A stretch of 64,000 nt of DNA from Bacteroidales bacterium (GCA_038325595.1 JBBQJD010000002.1:4930-68929); one strand, 5' to 3'. Counted from the stretch's first letter, positions 19,148 through 28,798 are shown. The notes: generated by a model not told the origin, from the sequence alone. Numbers and translations: made by a program.

Positions 19148-19849
19148 TTAAAACCTTATTCCCCTCGAATTCAGGTTTTTAATATGCATCTCCAGTCTGG
19201 GTGACTTTGATAATATCATTTTATCATACCACTCTTTGGCCTGTGCGGTTTTACCTGTCTTCACCAGAAGAGTGATAATGTCACTGTAAATCGATCCTTC
19301 TATCCCATTTTTCTTCCCCGATATTTCAGAAAGTATGTTCCTGTAATCTTCTATTGATCTAATCGTTTCACCCTTTTCAGCCAGGCTCACAGCCTCATCA
19401 ATCTTTCTATTAAGAGCGTTATCAAGCACTATCCCGTAAAATGAAAAACAATTTTCATTGCAATGCTCAATTATATCGATCCACTTAACTCCATTTTTAA
19501 GAGGTGGAAATTCAAGGACAAACTGAAGCTTTTCACCTATGTTCTTAAATTTATAATAGTCAGGACATTGAGGTATTCCGGCAGACTTTGTCAGTTTAAG
19601 TTTCGCTCCTTCAGGATCGATAAGATAGATATTTTTATCGGCACAGAAATTTCCTCCTTCAATACGGTTTTCAATTGAAAAGCTTACAACCGTCTTTTCA
19701 GACGAAAGCTCTATATCTCTTATAATAAGCGTTTCGTGGCTCTTCAGACCATGATAGGGATGAATTAGTGATTGCGGATAAACAACAGCAGTAGCAAAAA
19801 CCAGAAATATAACCAATAGACGGCATCTTACCGATTGTAATAATCTCAT
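19148..19849 (-). CDS. Secreted hypothetical protein (beta-rich N-terminal part, helical TPR-like tail)
   Basis: 233-aa ORF with a signal peptide (LLVIFLVFATAVVYPQS). No recognisable catalytic motif. Confidence 0.5.
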   Translation of the reverse strand: MRLLQSVRCRLLVIFLVFATAVVYPQSLIHPYHGLKSHETLIIRDIELSSEKTVVSFSIENRIEGGNFCADKNIYLIDPEGAKLKLTKSAGIPQCPDYYKFKNIGEKLQFVLEFPPLKNGVKWIDIIEHCNENCFSFYGIVLDNALNRKIDEAVSLAEKGETIRSIEDYRNILSEISGKKNGIEGSIYSDIITLLVKTGKTAQAKEWYDKMILSKSPRLEMHIKNLNSRGIRF

Positions 19850-19895
19850 GATAATAACTTGTTAATAATCTCTTTTTTAAACACTTATAGATTAA

Positions 19896-19923
19896 TGTTA
19901 CATTTTTGTTACCGTAATGTAAA
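19896..19923. promoter_or_regulatory. Pho-box-like array: TGTTACA / TGTTACC / TGTAAAG at exact 11-bp phasing in the divergent promoter region
   Basis: Half-sites start at 19896, 19907 and 19918, separated by A/T-rich 4-bp spacers. The same motif and phasing occur upstream of the porin-pst operon (24838-24898). Confidence 0.5.
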
Positions 19924-19966
19924 GAAACCTTATTCCCTCCTTAACAGGTTTATGATTGAGGTAATC

Positions 19967-19974
19967 TAACTTTG
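19967..19974 (+). promoter_or_regulatory. Bacteroidota-type -7 promoter box TAACTTTG (consensus TAnnTTTG)
   Basis: Exact match to TAnnTTTG, 60 bp upstream of the likely ATG at 20035. No clean -33 TTTG was found. Confidence 0.4.
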
Positions 19975-19998
19975 CTGCAAGTTTAAAATTAGAAAACA

Positions 19999-21744
19999 AT
20001 GTACTTATTATTATTAATTAAATTTAAACAATTCATGAAAAAAATCCTATTTATGGCAGTGATCGTCTCTCTTGCCATTCTGAATGGCTGCAAAAAGGAA
20101 TATGCACTTCCTACACTCACTTCTCCAGCGAATGCAACAATAGAAGTTGGTTCAGCAGTTGATTTGACTTTCAACTTTAATGCTGAAGGTGGTTATGGCT
20201 CATCTTCACTTGTTGCCACAAACGGGACAGCTGCTATTAAAACTAATGCCTCACCTGGTTCAACAACAGGATCCGTTGTAGTTACATTTACCGCAAGCAC
20301 AAATGCCGGAGCCGGTTCAGTAATACTTACACTTACAGACGAAGAAGGTCAGAAAGGAACTGCAACTGCTGTTATGACTGTATTTGAAGAGGGGGCTCCT
20401 TCTGTAACAGCACCGGCCAATACTGATGTTACAGTTATGGACCCGGTCGATGTAACGTTCAGTTATTCAGCTGTCGGTGGATTTAATTCTGCTTCGGTTA
20501 CAGCAACAAATGGAACTGCAGTTATTAAGACAACTGGAATTGCCGAAGCAAATTCAGGAAATATAGTTATAACATTTACAGCATCAAGAACAGTTGGAGC
20601 CAGCTCAGTTACACTGACAGTTACCGACAATAATAATAAATCAGGCCTAGGTATTGGCGTGCTTAATGTTACGATGGTAACCACAATTTCTGTAACTCAA
20701 AACATTTCAGTGAATACAACATGGGAAACAGGCAAAATTTATGTTCTAGAGGGTCGTATTACTGTTTTACCTGATATTACTCTCACTATTCAGCCAGGCG
20801 TAATAGTAAAAGGTAGAGAAGGATCGGCTTCAAATGCCACTGCTTTATTAATTGCCCGTGGTGGTAACCTTGATGCTGTGGGTACAAGTACCTCACCAAT
20901 TATTTTCACATCTGTTGCCGATCAGATTCTTCCCGGCGAAATAGCAAGTCCTAACCTTGACGCTACACTTAACGGACTATGGGGTGGGTTGATCATTCTC
21001 GGTAATGCTCCTATCTCTGCTGCTTCAGCTTCCATGCAGATCGAAGGTATTCCGGTATCAGATCTAAATGGCCTTTATGGTGGAACTGACCCATCAGACA
21101 ATTCAGGAACAATCAAATATGTTTCTATACGTCATGGGGGAGCCAATATTGGTGAAGGCAACGAAATTAACGGATTAACACTTGGTGGTGTAGGTTCAGG
21201 TACAACTATTGAAAACGTTGAAATTATTGCTAACCAGGATGATGGTATTGAATGGTTTGGCGGAACAGTAAATGTTAAAAACGCAGTAATCTGGAATGTA
21301 GGTGATGATGCAGTTGATACTGATCAGGCCTGGAGCGGGACACTTGACAACTTTGTAGTGATCAATCCGGGTGATGAGTGCTTTGAACTTGACGGTCCTG
21401 AAGGAACAATGACAGGAAGTCATACAATCAAAAATGGCTCAGCAAAAGCTGTTAATGCTGAAGGTCTTGTTGACCTTGATGATAATTCAGCAGTTACAAT
21501 GTCCGGAATCTATTTCTTCGGTATCAAAGCAGGCCAGGATTTCGATGATAATCCAACAGGTGGAGGACTTGTTACATCCTCACTCGAAGCTACAATTCCT
21601 GACGGAACAGCATTATCAGATTTCTTCAAAGAAGGTACTGCTGCTTTTGTAACAGCTGTTACAACACGCACTGTAGGCGCAACAGTTTCGGTGTTCAACA
21701 CTTGGTCATGGGCAGCAACATCAGGAGCATTAACCGGGTTCTAA
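19999..21744 (+). CDS. Surface lipoprotein with two tandem Ig-like repeats and a C-terminal putative parallel beta-helix domain; likely start 20035
   Basis: 581 aa. Lipobox AILNGC after Met 20035. Internal ~100-aa duplication (ATNGTAAIKT..VVVTFTAS / ATNGTAVIKT..IVITFTAS). C-terminal GLTLGGVGSGTTIENVEI..QDDGIEWFGGTVNVKN..GDDAVDTD periodicity. Confidence 0.6.
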   Translation: MYLLLLIKFKQFMKKILFMAVIVSLAILNGCKKEYALPTLTSPANATIEVGSAVDLTFNFNAEGGYGSSSLVATNGTAAIKTNASPGSTTGSVVVTFTASTNAGAGSVILTLTDEEGQKGTATAVMTVFEEGAPSVTAPANTDVTVMDPVDVTFSYSAVGGFNSASVTATNGTAVIKTTGIAEANSGNIVITFTASRTVGASSVTLTVTDNNNKSGLGIGVLNVTMVTTISVTQNISVNTTWETGKIYVLEGRITVLPDITLTIQPGVIVKGREGSASNATALLIARGGNLDAVGTSTSPIIFTSVADQILPGEIASPNLDATLNGLWGGLIILGNAPISAASASMQIEGIPVSDLNGLYGGTDPSDNSGTIKYVSIRHGGANIGEGNEINGLTLGGVGSGTTIENVEIIANQDDGIEWFGGTVNVKNAVIWNVGDDAVDTDQAWSGTLDNFVVINPGDECFELDGPEGTMTGSHTIKNGSAKAVNAEGLVDLDDNSAVTMSGIYFFGIKAGQDFDDNPTGGGLVTSSLEATIPDGTALSDFFKEGTAAFVTAVTTRTVGATVSVFNTWSWAATSGALTGF

Positions 21745-21775
21745 TAACAGGTTTGCATTTAACAATAATTTAAAA

Positions 21776-21803
21776 ACTCGCAGGTTTTTACCTGCGGGTT
21801 TTA
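21776..21803 (+). terminator. Intra-operon hairpin plus T-tract (terminator/attenuator) between the lipoprotein and TonB receptor genes
   Basis: CGCAGGT-TTTT-ACCTGCG followed by GGTTTT. Confidence 0.5.
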
Positions 21804-21838
21804 GTATTAATAAAACAATAACAATTTAATTTACAATT

Positions 21839-24739
21839 ATGCCTTCTTTAAAACTAATTCTCACGTTCATTTTTATTTTATTCTTCACCCGGGTATATTC
21901 CCAGAAAGGCACCATCAGAGGCTCAGTTTACGACGAAGCCCTGGGTGGAGGATTTATGGGTGTTACAGTTGTTGCTGAAGGTACTACGGCCGGAGCCATT
22001 ACTGATCTCGATGGAAAATTCAACTTATCACTTTCCCCTGGAACATACAATCTCAAGTTCTCATTTGTATCGTATGAAACACTTAAAATCAGCGGAGTGA
22101 AAGTCACTGACGGTGCTGTAACACTTCTTGATAATCTGAATATGAAAATGGCAACAATTGGACTCTCTGAGGTAACAGTAACGGCCAGTATTGTCAGGAA
22201 TACAGAGAGTGCCATGCTTAATATAAAAATGAAGTCTCCTAATCTGATTGATGGAATTTCTGCTGTTAGCTTTAGAAAAATGGGAGATTCCGATGCTGCC
22301 TCATCTATGAAACGTGTGCCGGGGGTTTCGGTTGATGGAGGAAAGTATGTATATGTGCGCGGACTTGGTGACAGATATACCAAAACTATCTTAAACGGGG
22401 TAGATCTTCCAGGGCTTGATCCTGACAGAAATACACTTCAGATGGACATATTCCCAACCAGCATAATTGATAATATAGTTGTTCACAAATCATTCAGTGC
22501 AGAGTTACCGGCAGATTTTACCGGAGGAGTAATTGATATTGGAATCAAGGATTTCCCTGAACAGAAAAAAGGTAATTTATCTGTCAGTACTGGTTACAAT
22601 CACGATTTTCATTTTAAAAATGATTACCTCGCATATGAGGGCGGAAAAACCGACTTTCTTGGTTTTGATGATGGTACAAGAAAAATCCCGGCAACCACTG
22701 ATATTCCGTTTTTTACTGATGTAGTCGGAAATTCATCCGGCGAAAAGGGGCTTCGTTACAGGGAAATTCTTGAAAGCTTCAATCCCACAATGGCTACAAT
22801 GAAACAAAATAGTTTCATGGATTATGGGTTTGGTGCCTCCCTGGGAAATCAGGTTGCATTGAAAAAGCTGACCCTCGGATTTAACTTTGGGGTTTCATAT
22901 AAAAACAATACTGAATTTTATAAAAATGCCGAATATGGGCGTTATGGCCTTTCTACCAATCCTGATATATATGAATTGAATGTCCGGGAATTTCAGATAG
23001 GAGATTTTGGTATTAACAGTGTCTTGCTTAGCGGACTGGCAGGTTTTGCAGTAAAAACACTTAACTCAAAATATCGTATAAACCTCATTCATCTGCAAAA
23101 CGGAGAGTCTAAAGCTGGAATATTCAACTATAAAAGCACAGACCAGGGTAGTAACTTCGAAGGTATCCAACATAACCTGGAATATAATCAACGTTCTCTT
23201 ACTAACCTTCTTTTGGATGGCAAGCACTCTATAAATGGCTCTGATTGGAATATCGTCTGGAAACTCTCACCTACTATTTCTAAAATAAGTGATCCTGATG
23301 TCCGCTTCGCCAGATATGTTGTCGAAAATGGTAATTACCTGGTTAATACCGAGTCGGGATTTCCGGAAAGAATCTGGAGAGATTTGTCAGAAATTAATAT
23401 GACAGGTCTCTTACATGTAACCAAAGAATATACCTTCAGAGGTGAAAAGTCAAAATTAAATTTCGGAGGAGCATATACCTTTAAAGAGCGTGATTTCCTA
23501 ATACGCAAATACTCCATGAACATACGTAATGTGCCAATGACAGGTGATCCCAATGAACTTTTCAGACCAGAAAATCTATGGCCTCTAAATGGAACTGCAA
23601 CTTCAAGCGGAACAACATATGAAGCAAGCTTCATACCTGATAATCCTAACCAGTTTAATGCAAGTTCTAGTAATTTTGCCGGATATGTATCAACTGAACT
23701 AAGCCTCCTGAAAAATCTTCGGGCTATAATAGGTATCCGTGTTGAAAATTTTGTTCAGCGGTATACCGGTCAGGACCAACTGGGAATTAATGTTTTAAAT
23801 AATGATAAAGTCCTTGATAATCTCGACTTTTTCCCATCACTGAACTTTATTTATAGCTTGTCTGAAAAACAGAATCTACGCTTCTCATATGCTAATACCA
23901 TTGCCCGACCATCATTTAAAGAATTATCATATGCTGAGATATCTGACCCCATAAGTAACCGTACCTTCATCGGAGGTTTATTCCGCGATGCAAATGATGT
24001 TCTTGGCATAGAATACTGGGATGGGAAACTGGTTAGCTCTTACATCCACAATTTTGATCTTCGCTGGGAACTATTCCAGGCTAACGGTCAGATGGTTTCA
24101 TTAAGCGGATTCTACAAGAATTTTAAAAACCCTATAGAAATTGTACAGTTTGCTACCACACAAAAAGGATCATTTCAGCCAAGGAATGTAGGTGACGGGA
24201 AAGTATTGGGAATTGAAATCGAGTTTCGCCAGCGTCTTGATCTTATAGGAGCATCTCTCAAAAACTTCAGCCTCACTTCCAACTTTTCAGCAACCAAATC
24301 AAGCATAGAATTGAGCTTAACTGAGTACACTTCAAGGACTGATAATGCACGTATAGGCCAAACTATAGATAAATACCGTGACATGGCAGGTCAGGCACCT
24401 TATATTCTGAACAGCGGTTTCTCATATAACGGAGTTGAAAATGGATTCTGGAAAGGATTTGAAGCCGGACTATATTATAACGTTCAGGGAACTACCTTAA
24501 TGTATGTTGGCATTGCTGACCGCCCAGATATTTATACCTTACCATTTCACAGCTTAAATCTCAATATCAGTAAGAGTCTGGGTAAAGAAAAACGCACACA
24601 GGTTGAATTTAAAATAGACAACCTGCTTAATTCAGAAAAAAAATCAATATTCAAATCATTTAATGTTACCGATCCATTCTTTACAAAATTAGAACCCGGG
24701 ATAACGTTTCAATTCAAGTTAAGCTATAATCTCTTTTAG
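21839..24739 (+). CDS. TonB-dependent receptor with a carboxypeptidase-regulatory-like N-terminal domain (no SusD partner)
   Basis: 966 aa. GTIRGSVYDE..G..GVTVV CarbopepD_reg-like start, plug motifs (VPGVSVDGGKYVYVRGLGDRYT) and C-terminal ...LSYNLF. Confidence 0.85.
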   Translation: MPSLKLILTFIFILFFTRVYSQKGTIRGSVYDEALGGGFMGVTVVAEGTTAGAITDLDGKFNLSLSPGTYNLKFSFVSYETLKISGVKVTDGAVTLLDNLNMKMATIGLSEVTVTASIVRNTESAMLNIKMKSPNLIDGISAVSFRKMGDSDAASSMKRVPGVSVDGGKYVYVRGLGDRYTKTILNGVDLPGLDPDRNTLQMDIFPTSIIDNIVVHKSFSAELPADFTGGVIDIGIKDFPEQKKGNLSVSTGYNHDFHFKNDYLAYEGGKTDFLGFDDGTRKIPATTDIPFFTDVVGNSSGEKGLRYREILESFNPTMATMKQNSFMDYGFGASLGNQVALKKLTLGFNFGVSYKNNTEFYKNAEYGRYGLSTNPDIYELNVREFQIGDFGINSVLLSGLAGFAVKTLNSKYRINLIHLQNGESKAGIFNYKSTDQGSNFEGIQHNLEYNQRSLTNLLLDGKHSINGSDWNIVWKLSPTISKISDPDVRFARYVVENGNYLVNTESGFPERIWRDLSEINMTGLLHVTKEYTFRGEKSKLNFGGAYTFKERDFLIRKYSMNIRNVPMTGDPNELFRPENLWPLNGTATSSGTTYEASFIPDNPNQFNASSSNFAGYVSTELSLLKNLRAIIGIRVENFVQRYTGQDQLGINVLNNDKVLDNLDFFPSLNFIYSLSEKQNLRFSYANTIARPSFKELSYAEISDPISNRTFIGGLFRDANDVLGIEYWDGKLVSSYIHNFDLRWELFQANGQMVSLSGFYKNFKNPIEIVQFATTQKGSFQPRNVGDGKVLGIEIEFRQRLDLIGASLKNFSLTSNFSATKSSIELSLTEYTSRTDNARIGQTIDKYRDMAGQAPYILNSGFSYNGVENGFWKGFEAGLYYNVQGTTLMYVGIADRPDIYTLPFHSLNLNISKSLGKEKRTQVEFKIDNLLNSEKKSIFKSFNVTDPFFTKLEPGITFQFKLSYNLF

Positions 24740-24790
24740 GATAAAATTTTAGTATCCGCTACCGTTTAGAATTTCTGGTCATTTTGCCCG

Positions 24791-24827
24791 GAGGCTGTTC
24801 CCTTAAGATCAGCCTCTCTTTTTTTGA
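24791..24827 (+). terminator. Rho-independent terminator after the TonB receptor gene
   Basis: GAGGCTG-(12 nt)-CAGCCTC followed by TCTTTTTTT. Confidence 0.7.
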
Positions 24828-24837
24828 ATGAATAATG

Positions 24838-24898
24838 TGTAACATTTTTGTAACAATTAAGTAATATATCTGTTACTTTTTTGTTACATTTTTGTACC
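24838..24898 (+). promoter_or_regulatory. Pho-box-like array of TGTWACA half-sites in 11-bp register upstream of the porin-pst operon
   Basis: TGTAACA at 24838 and 24849, a degenerate AGTAAT at 24860, then TGTTACT at 24871, TGTTACA at 24882 and TGTACCG at 24893. All starts are spaced by 11 bp, with T-rich spacers. Confidence 0.6.
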
Positions 24899-24939
24899 GT
24901 TTTTGAATCATCACTGTAATTTTAATGGCTTAGTTTCGT

Positions 24940-25935
24940 ATGCATATAAAACTATTTTTTTTGATTATTCCGGCATTAATTATTCTCTCTTCAAACCAGG
25001 TCAGGGCGCAAACTGACATTGACTCCTTCAAACCCAATGGAAAACCATTGGTTTTGATTTTTACAAATGCTAATACAGCATTTAATAAGGATGGAAATTC
25101 ACCGGCTTTTGAAATAACAAGAGCTTACCTGGGCTACGAATATTTTTTCAGTAAAAATATTTCATCGAGGATTAATATTGATGTAGCTGATCCCGGTGCA
25201 GGAGGATTACAGATGACAGCATTCATCAAGAATGCTTACCTGCAATATAAAAATAATGGGTTCTCAGCACGCCTGGGTATGATAGGTGTCGACCAGTATA
25301 ATTTACTGGAAAAACACTGGGGCTACCGTTATATCTACAAGTCTTTTCAGGACGAATATAAATTTGGTCCAAGTGCCGATCTGGGAGCGGCTTTCGCATA
25401 CTCTCCTTCAGAAAAAATCTCAATTGATTTTTCAATACTAAATGGGGAGGGTTATAAAAAAATAGAATCAGATAGTACATTAAAAACAACTTTTGGATTA
25501 ACACTAAGACCGCTAAAGGGATTGGAGCTTAGAGGTTATTTTGACCGGATGAAAAAGGATTATGCCCAGACGTCAGTTGCACTTTTTGCCGGTTATACCA
25601 TTAATAAAATTAAGGCAGGTGCAGAATATAATATCCAGAAAAATCATGGCATGATAAATCAACAGGATTATTCGGGAATATCAATCTATTCTTCACTGGC
25701 TCTTTCCGGTAAATTCAGCGTGTTCGCACGTTATGATTACCTGTGGTCAGAAGATCTGCCTTATGCAGAGAGTCCATGGAATGAATCCAATGACGGACAG
25801 GCGTTTATTGCAGGATTTGAGTATTCGCCTGTACAGGGCGTCAGGATAGCACCTTCATATATTGGCTGGTTACCTTCTGAAGATGTAAACCCCCTGACAT
25901 CAACAATTGCCTTAAATTTTGAAATAAAATTTTAA
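24940..25935 (+). CDS. Outer-membrane porin (phosphate-selective porin O/P-like by context)
   Basis: 331 aa with a signal peptide, alternating beta-strand pattern and C-terminal ...NFEIKF. It lies immediately upstream of pstS. Confidence 0.6.
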   Translation: MHIKLFFLIIPALIILSSNQVRAQTDIDSFKPNGKPLVLIFTNANTAFNKDGNSPAFEITRAYLGYEYFFSKNISSRINIDVADPGAGGLQMTAFIKNAYLQYKNNGFSARLGMIGVDQYNLLEKHWGYRYIYKSFQDEYKFGPSADLGAAFAYSPSEKISIDFSILNGEGYKKIESDSTLKTTFGLTLRPLKGLELRGYFDRMKKDYAQTSVALFAGYTINKIKAGAEYNIQKNHGMINQQDYSGISIYSSLALSGKFSVFARYDYLWSEDLPYAESPWNESNDGQAFIAGFEYSPVQGVRIAPSYIGWLPSEDVNPLTSTIALNFEIKF

Positions 25936-25965
25936 TAAAATCCAATAGAATTAAAACTTGAAAGA

Positions 25966-27024
25966 ATGAAAAATGTAATAATGCTCACAACAATACTGGT
26001 GCTAATGGTTTCGTGCAATAGTACCGGGGAAAAAGGTTCCGGAGATAAGGTAAAATCCATTACTGCAGCAGGAGCAACGTTCCCGGCGCCATTCTATAAC
26101 CTTGCTTTTAAAAAATATAGTGAAATTGCAGGAATACAATTCTCTTATGGCAGTATAGGATCAGGCGGAGGCATTCGGAGCCTTGCCGACAAAGTTGTGG
26201 ATTTCGGTGCAACTGATGCTTACCTGTCAGATAAAGAAATGGCTGATTTACAGGCAGAAATTGTGCACATACCTACGTGTCTGGGTGCAGTTGTAGTTGC
26301 CTACAATGTTCCCGGAGTTGAAACTCTCAATCTGACACCTGAACTTCTTGAAAGCATCTTTTTGGGAATTATTGATCAATGGAATGATCCAAAGATACAA
26401 GCCATAAATAAAGGAAAAGAATTACCCGATATGAAAATTACCGTTGTATACAGATCCGATGGCAGTGGTACAACATATATTTTCAGTGATTATATGAGCA
26501 AGGTCAGCAAATTGTGGGCCGACAAGCTTGGAACCGGGAAATCTCTTAACTGGCCAGTTGGCAACGGTGCAAAGGGGAATCCGGGTGTTGCCGGAACAAT
26601 AAGTCAGTCAGCAGGCTCAATCGGATACATAGGATCTGAATATGCATTCGCCCAAAAAATACCGTACGCACTTGTGCAAAACAGTGCCGGAAATTTTGTT
26701 ACTCCTGAAATCAGATCAGTGAGTTCAGCTGCCAGGGGAGAGATCTCTGCAGACACCAGGACAATGGTGACAAATTCTTCTGATCCCGAAGCTTATCCGA
26801 TAAGCGGTTTTACATGGATCATTCTATATAAGGAACAGTCATATGACGGACGTTCAATTGAAAAAGCGAGAGAAATATTAAAATTTCTGGATTGGCTTGT
26901 AAGCACTGATGGTCAGGCAATTGCAGAAAGCGTAAATTATGCTTCACTGCCTTCTGATGTTTCATCCGTGGCTAAAAAAATTCTCAGGTCGGTTACTTTT
27001 GGCGGAAATCAGATCTTAGAATAA
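25966..27024 (+). CDS. pstS: Phosphate ABC transporter substrate-binding lipoprotein PstS
   Basis: 352 aa with lipobox MVSC. AAGATFPAPFYN and YRSDGSGTTYIFSDY blocks are typical of PstS. Confidence 0.9.
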   Translation: MKNVIMLTTILVLMVSCNSTGEKGSGDKVKSITAAGATFPAPFYNLAFKKYSEIAGIQFSYGSIGSGGGIRSLADKVVDFGATDAYLSDKEMADLQAEIVHIPTCLGAVVVAYNVPGVETLNLTPELLESIFLGIIDQWNDPKIQAINKGKELPDMKITVVYRSDGSGTTYIFSDYMSKVSKLWADKLGTGKSLNWPVGNGAKGNPGVAGTISQSAGSIGYIGSEYAFAQKIPYALVQNSAGNFVTPEIRSVSSAARGEISADTRTMVTNSSDPEAYPISGFTWIILYKEQSYDGRSIEKAREILKFLDWLVSTDGQAIAESVNYASLPSDVSSVAKKILRSVTFGGNQILE

Positions 27025-27033
27025 CATTTGTGA

Positions 27034-27885
27034 ATGAACAGCGATAAGATTACACGAATATTTCTTTTTTCAGCTTCACTGATAGTAATAATAATATCAG
27101 CTGGAATAGTTCTTTCTCTTATAGGTGGATCTATTCCGGCATTTAAAGAATTCGGCCTCAGCTTCATATTCAATAACGTCTGGGACCCGACAGCCGGAAG
27201 AGAGAACTATGGAGCTTTTCCATTTATTGCAGGTACACTGATTACTTCAATACTCGCTTTGATCATATGTATACCACTGGCCATCTCAACATCTCTTTTT
27301 ATTGCAGAGTATTTCAGAAACACGCGCATTTCTCAGGTCCTGAGCTCTCTGATAGATCTTCTTGCCGGAATTCCTTCAATAATCTATGGTTTATGGGGTT
27401 TCTATACACTGAGGCCATTTATCGCAAGCCTGGGCCTGAGCGACCAGGGATTTGGTATTTTCACGTCCGCCATTATTCTTGCAATTATGATTATTCCATA
27501 TGCCACTTCGCTGAGTACAGAAATAATTGCAATGGTTCCTGATGAATTAAAAGAAGCTGCCTATTCATTGGGCGCTACACGGTTTGAAGTCATTTTTAAT
27601 ATAATTCTTCCGAATGCCGGATCAGGGATCATTGCAAGTTATATACTGGCTTTCGGGAGGGCTCTCGGGGAAACAATGGCTGTCACAATGCTTATTGGAA
27701 ATTCAAACGTTGTCCCTTCAGGGTTGTTTGACACCGGCAACACTATGGCAAGTATAATTGCTAACCAGTTTGGAGAAGCTTCAGGATTGAAACTGAGTGC
27801 ACTGATAGCCATAGGACTTATACTGTTTGCAATAACCGGAATCGTTAATGGAATAGGAAAATATCTAATCAGGAAATTTGCATAA
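27034..27885 (+). CDS. pstC: Phosphate ABC transporter permease PstC
   Basis: 283-aa polytopic membrane protein. EAA-type loop EAAYSLGATRFEVIFNIILP. Position in the pst operon. Confidence 0.9.
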   Translation: MNSDKITRIFLFSASLIVIIISAGIVLSLIGGSIPAFKEFGLSFIFNNVWDPTAGRENYGAFPFIAGTLITSILALIICIPLAISTSLFIAEYFRNTRISQVLSSLIDLLAGIPSIIYGLWGFYTLRPFIASLGLSDQGFGIFTSAIILAIMIIPYATSLSTEIIAMVPDELKEAAYSLGATRFEVIFNIILPNAGSGIIASYILAFGRALGETMAVTMLIGNSNVVPSGLFDTGNTMASIIANQFGEASGLKLSALIAIGLILFAITGIVNGIGKYLIRKFA

Positions 27886-28798
27886 CAGGATGATAATGAC
27901 AGGGAGTGTTGCTTATAAATTAACCCATAATATACAATCACGGTATAAAAAAAATACAATATTCCGCGGGATCATCATTGGTATGTCGTTACTGACTGTA
28001 ATTCCTATTATTTTTATTGTAAGCAAGATTATCATTAATGGGATTGGCCAGATAAATTTAAGTTTTTTGGTCAGTACCTCCCCTGACTCACTTCAGGCAA
28101 TGACGGCCATTGCCAATAATGAGACAATACCCGGAGGTATTGCCAATGGTATCCTGGGAACATTCCTGATCGTTCTTCTTGCATCTGTTATGGCAATACC
28201 CATTGGAATGATGATTGGAATATATCTCTATGAGAATCAATATCATAAGTATTCTGCCTTTATCAGAAATATAGCGGAGATCCTTCAGGGGGTGCCATCA
28301 ATTGTAATTGGGATTATATCTTATTTATGGATTGTTAAGAATGTTACACATGGCTTTTCAGCATTTGCAGGAAGTGTTGCTCTTTCAATAATGATGATTC
28401 CAATGTTAATAAGATCGACTGAAGAGACTCTGAAAATGATACCTAATGAGATCAGGGAAGCCGCTTTTGCTCTCGGAACTCCATATCACCGGGTTATTTT
28501 AAAAGTTCTGATACCTACAGGTTTCAGTGGTTTGTCTACAGGCATTTTACTTTCACTCTCCAGAATCCTGGGAGAAACTGCCCCTTTGATGATGACTGCA
28601 TTAGGCAGTTCATTCATTAACTTCGATTTAACAAAACCAACAAGCGCGGTCCCCCTTCTTATATGGGAATTTTATAATGACCCAAATATGGTAAGTCTGG
28701 TATGGAGTTCAGCACTTTTTCTTATGACTTTTGTTTTATTACTTAACATATTATCCCGCAGGGTAGCTGCAAAACGCCTGAATAGTAGAAAAAGATGA
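27878..28798 (+). CDS. pstA: Phosphate ABC transporter permease PstA
   Basis: 306 aa. REAAFALGTPYHRVILKVLIP loop. Overlaps pstC and pstB. Confidence 0.9.
   Translation: MHNRMIMTGSVAYKLTHNIQSRYKKNTIFRGIIIGMSLLTVIPIIFIVSKIIINGIGQINLSFLVSTSPDSLQAMTAIANNETIPGGIANGILGTFLIVLLASVMAIPIGMMIGIYLYENQYHKYSAFIRNIAEILQGVPSIVIGIISYLWIVKNVTHGFSAFAGSVALSIMMIPMLIRSTEETLKMIPNEIREAAFALGTPYHRVILKVLIPTGFSGLSTGILLSLSRILGETAPLMMTALGSSFINFDLTKPTSAVPLLIWEFYNDPNMVSLVWSSALFLMTFVLLLNILSRRVAAKRLNSRKR

Noticed and set aside
24917-24924. Promoter -7 box TAATTTTA for the porin-pst operon, with TTTG at 24902-24905
   Set aside because: It matches only 7 of 8 positions of TAnnTTTG, and the TTTG lies 11 nt upstream instead of the expected ~19-21 nt. 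This is too weak to list as a feature.
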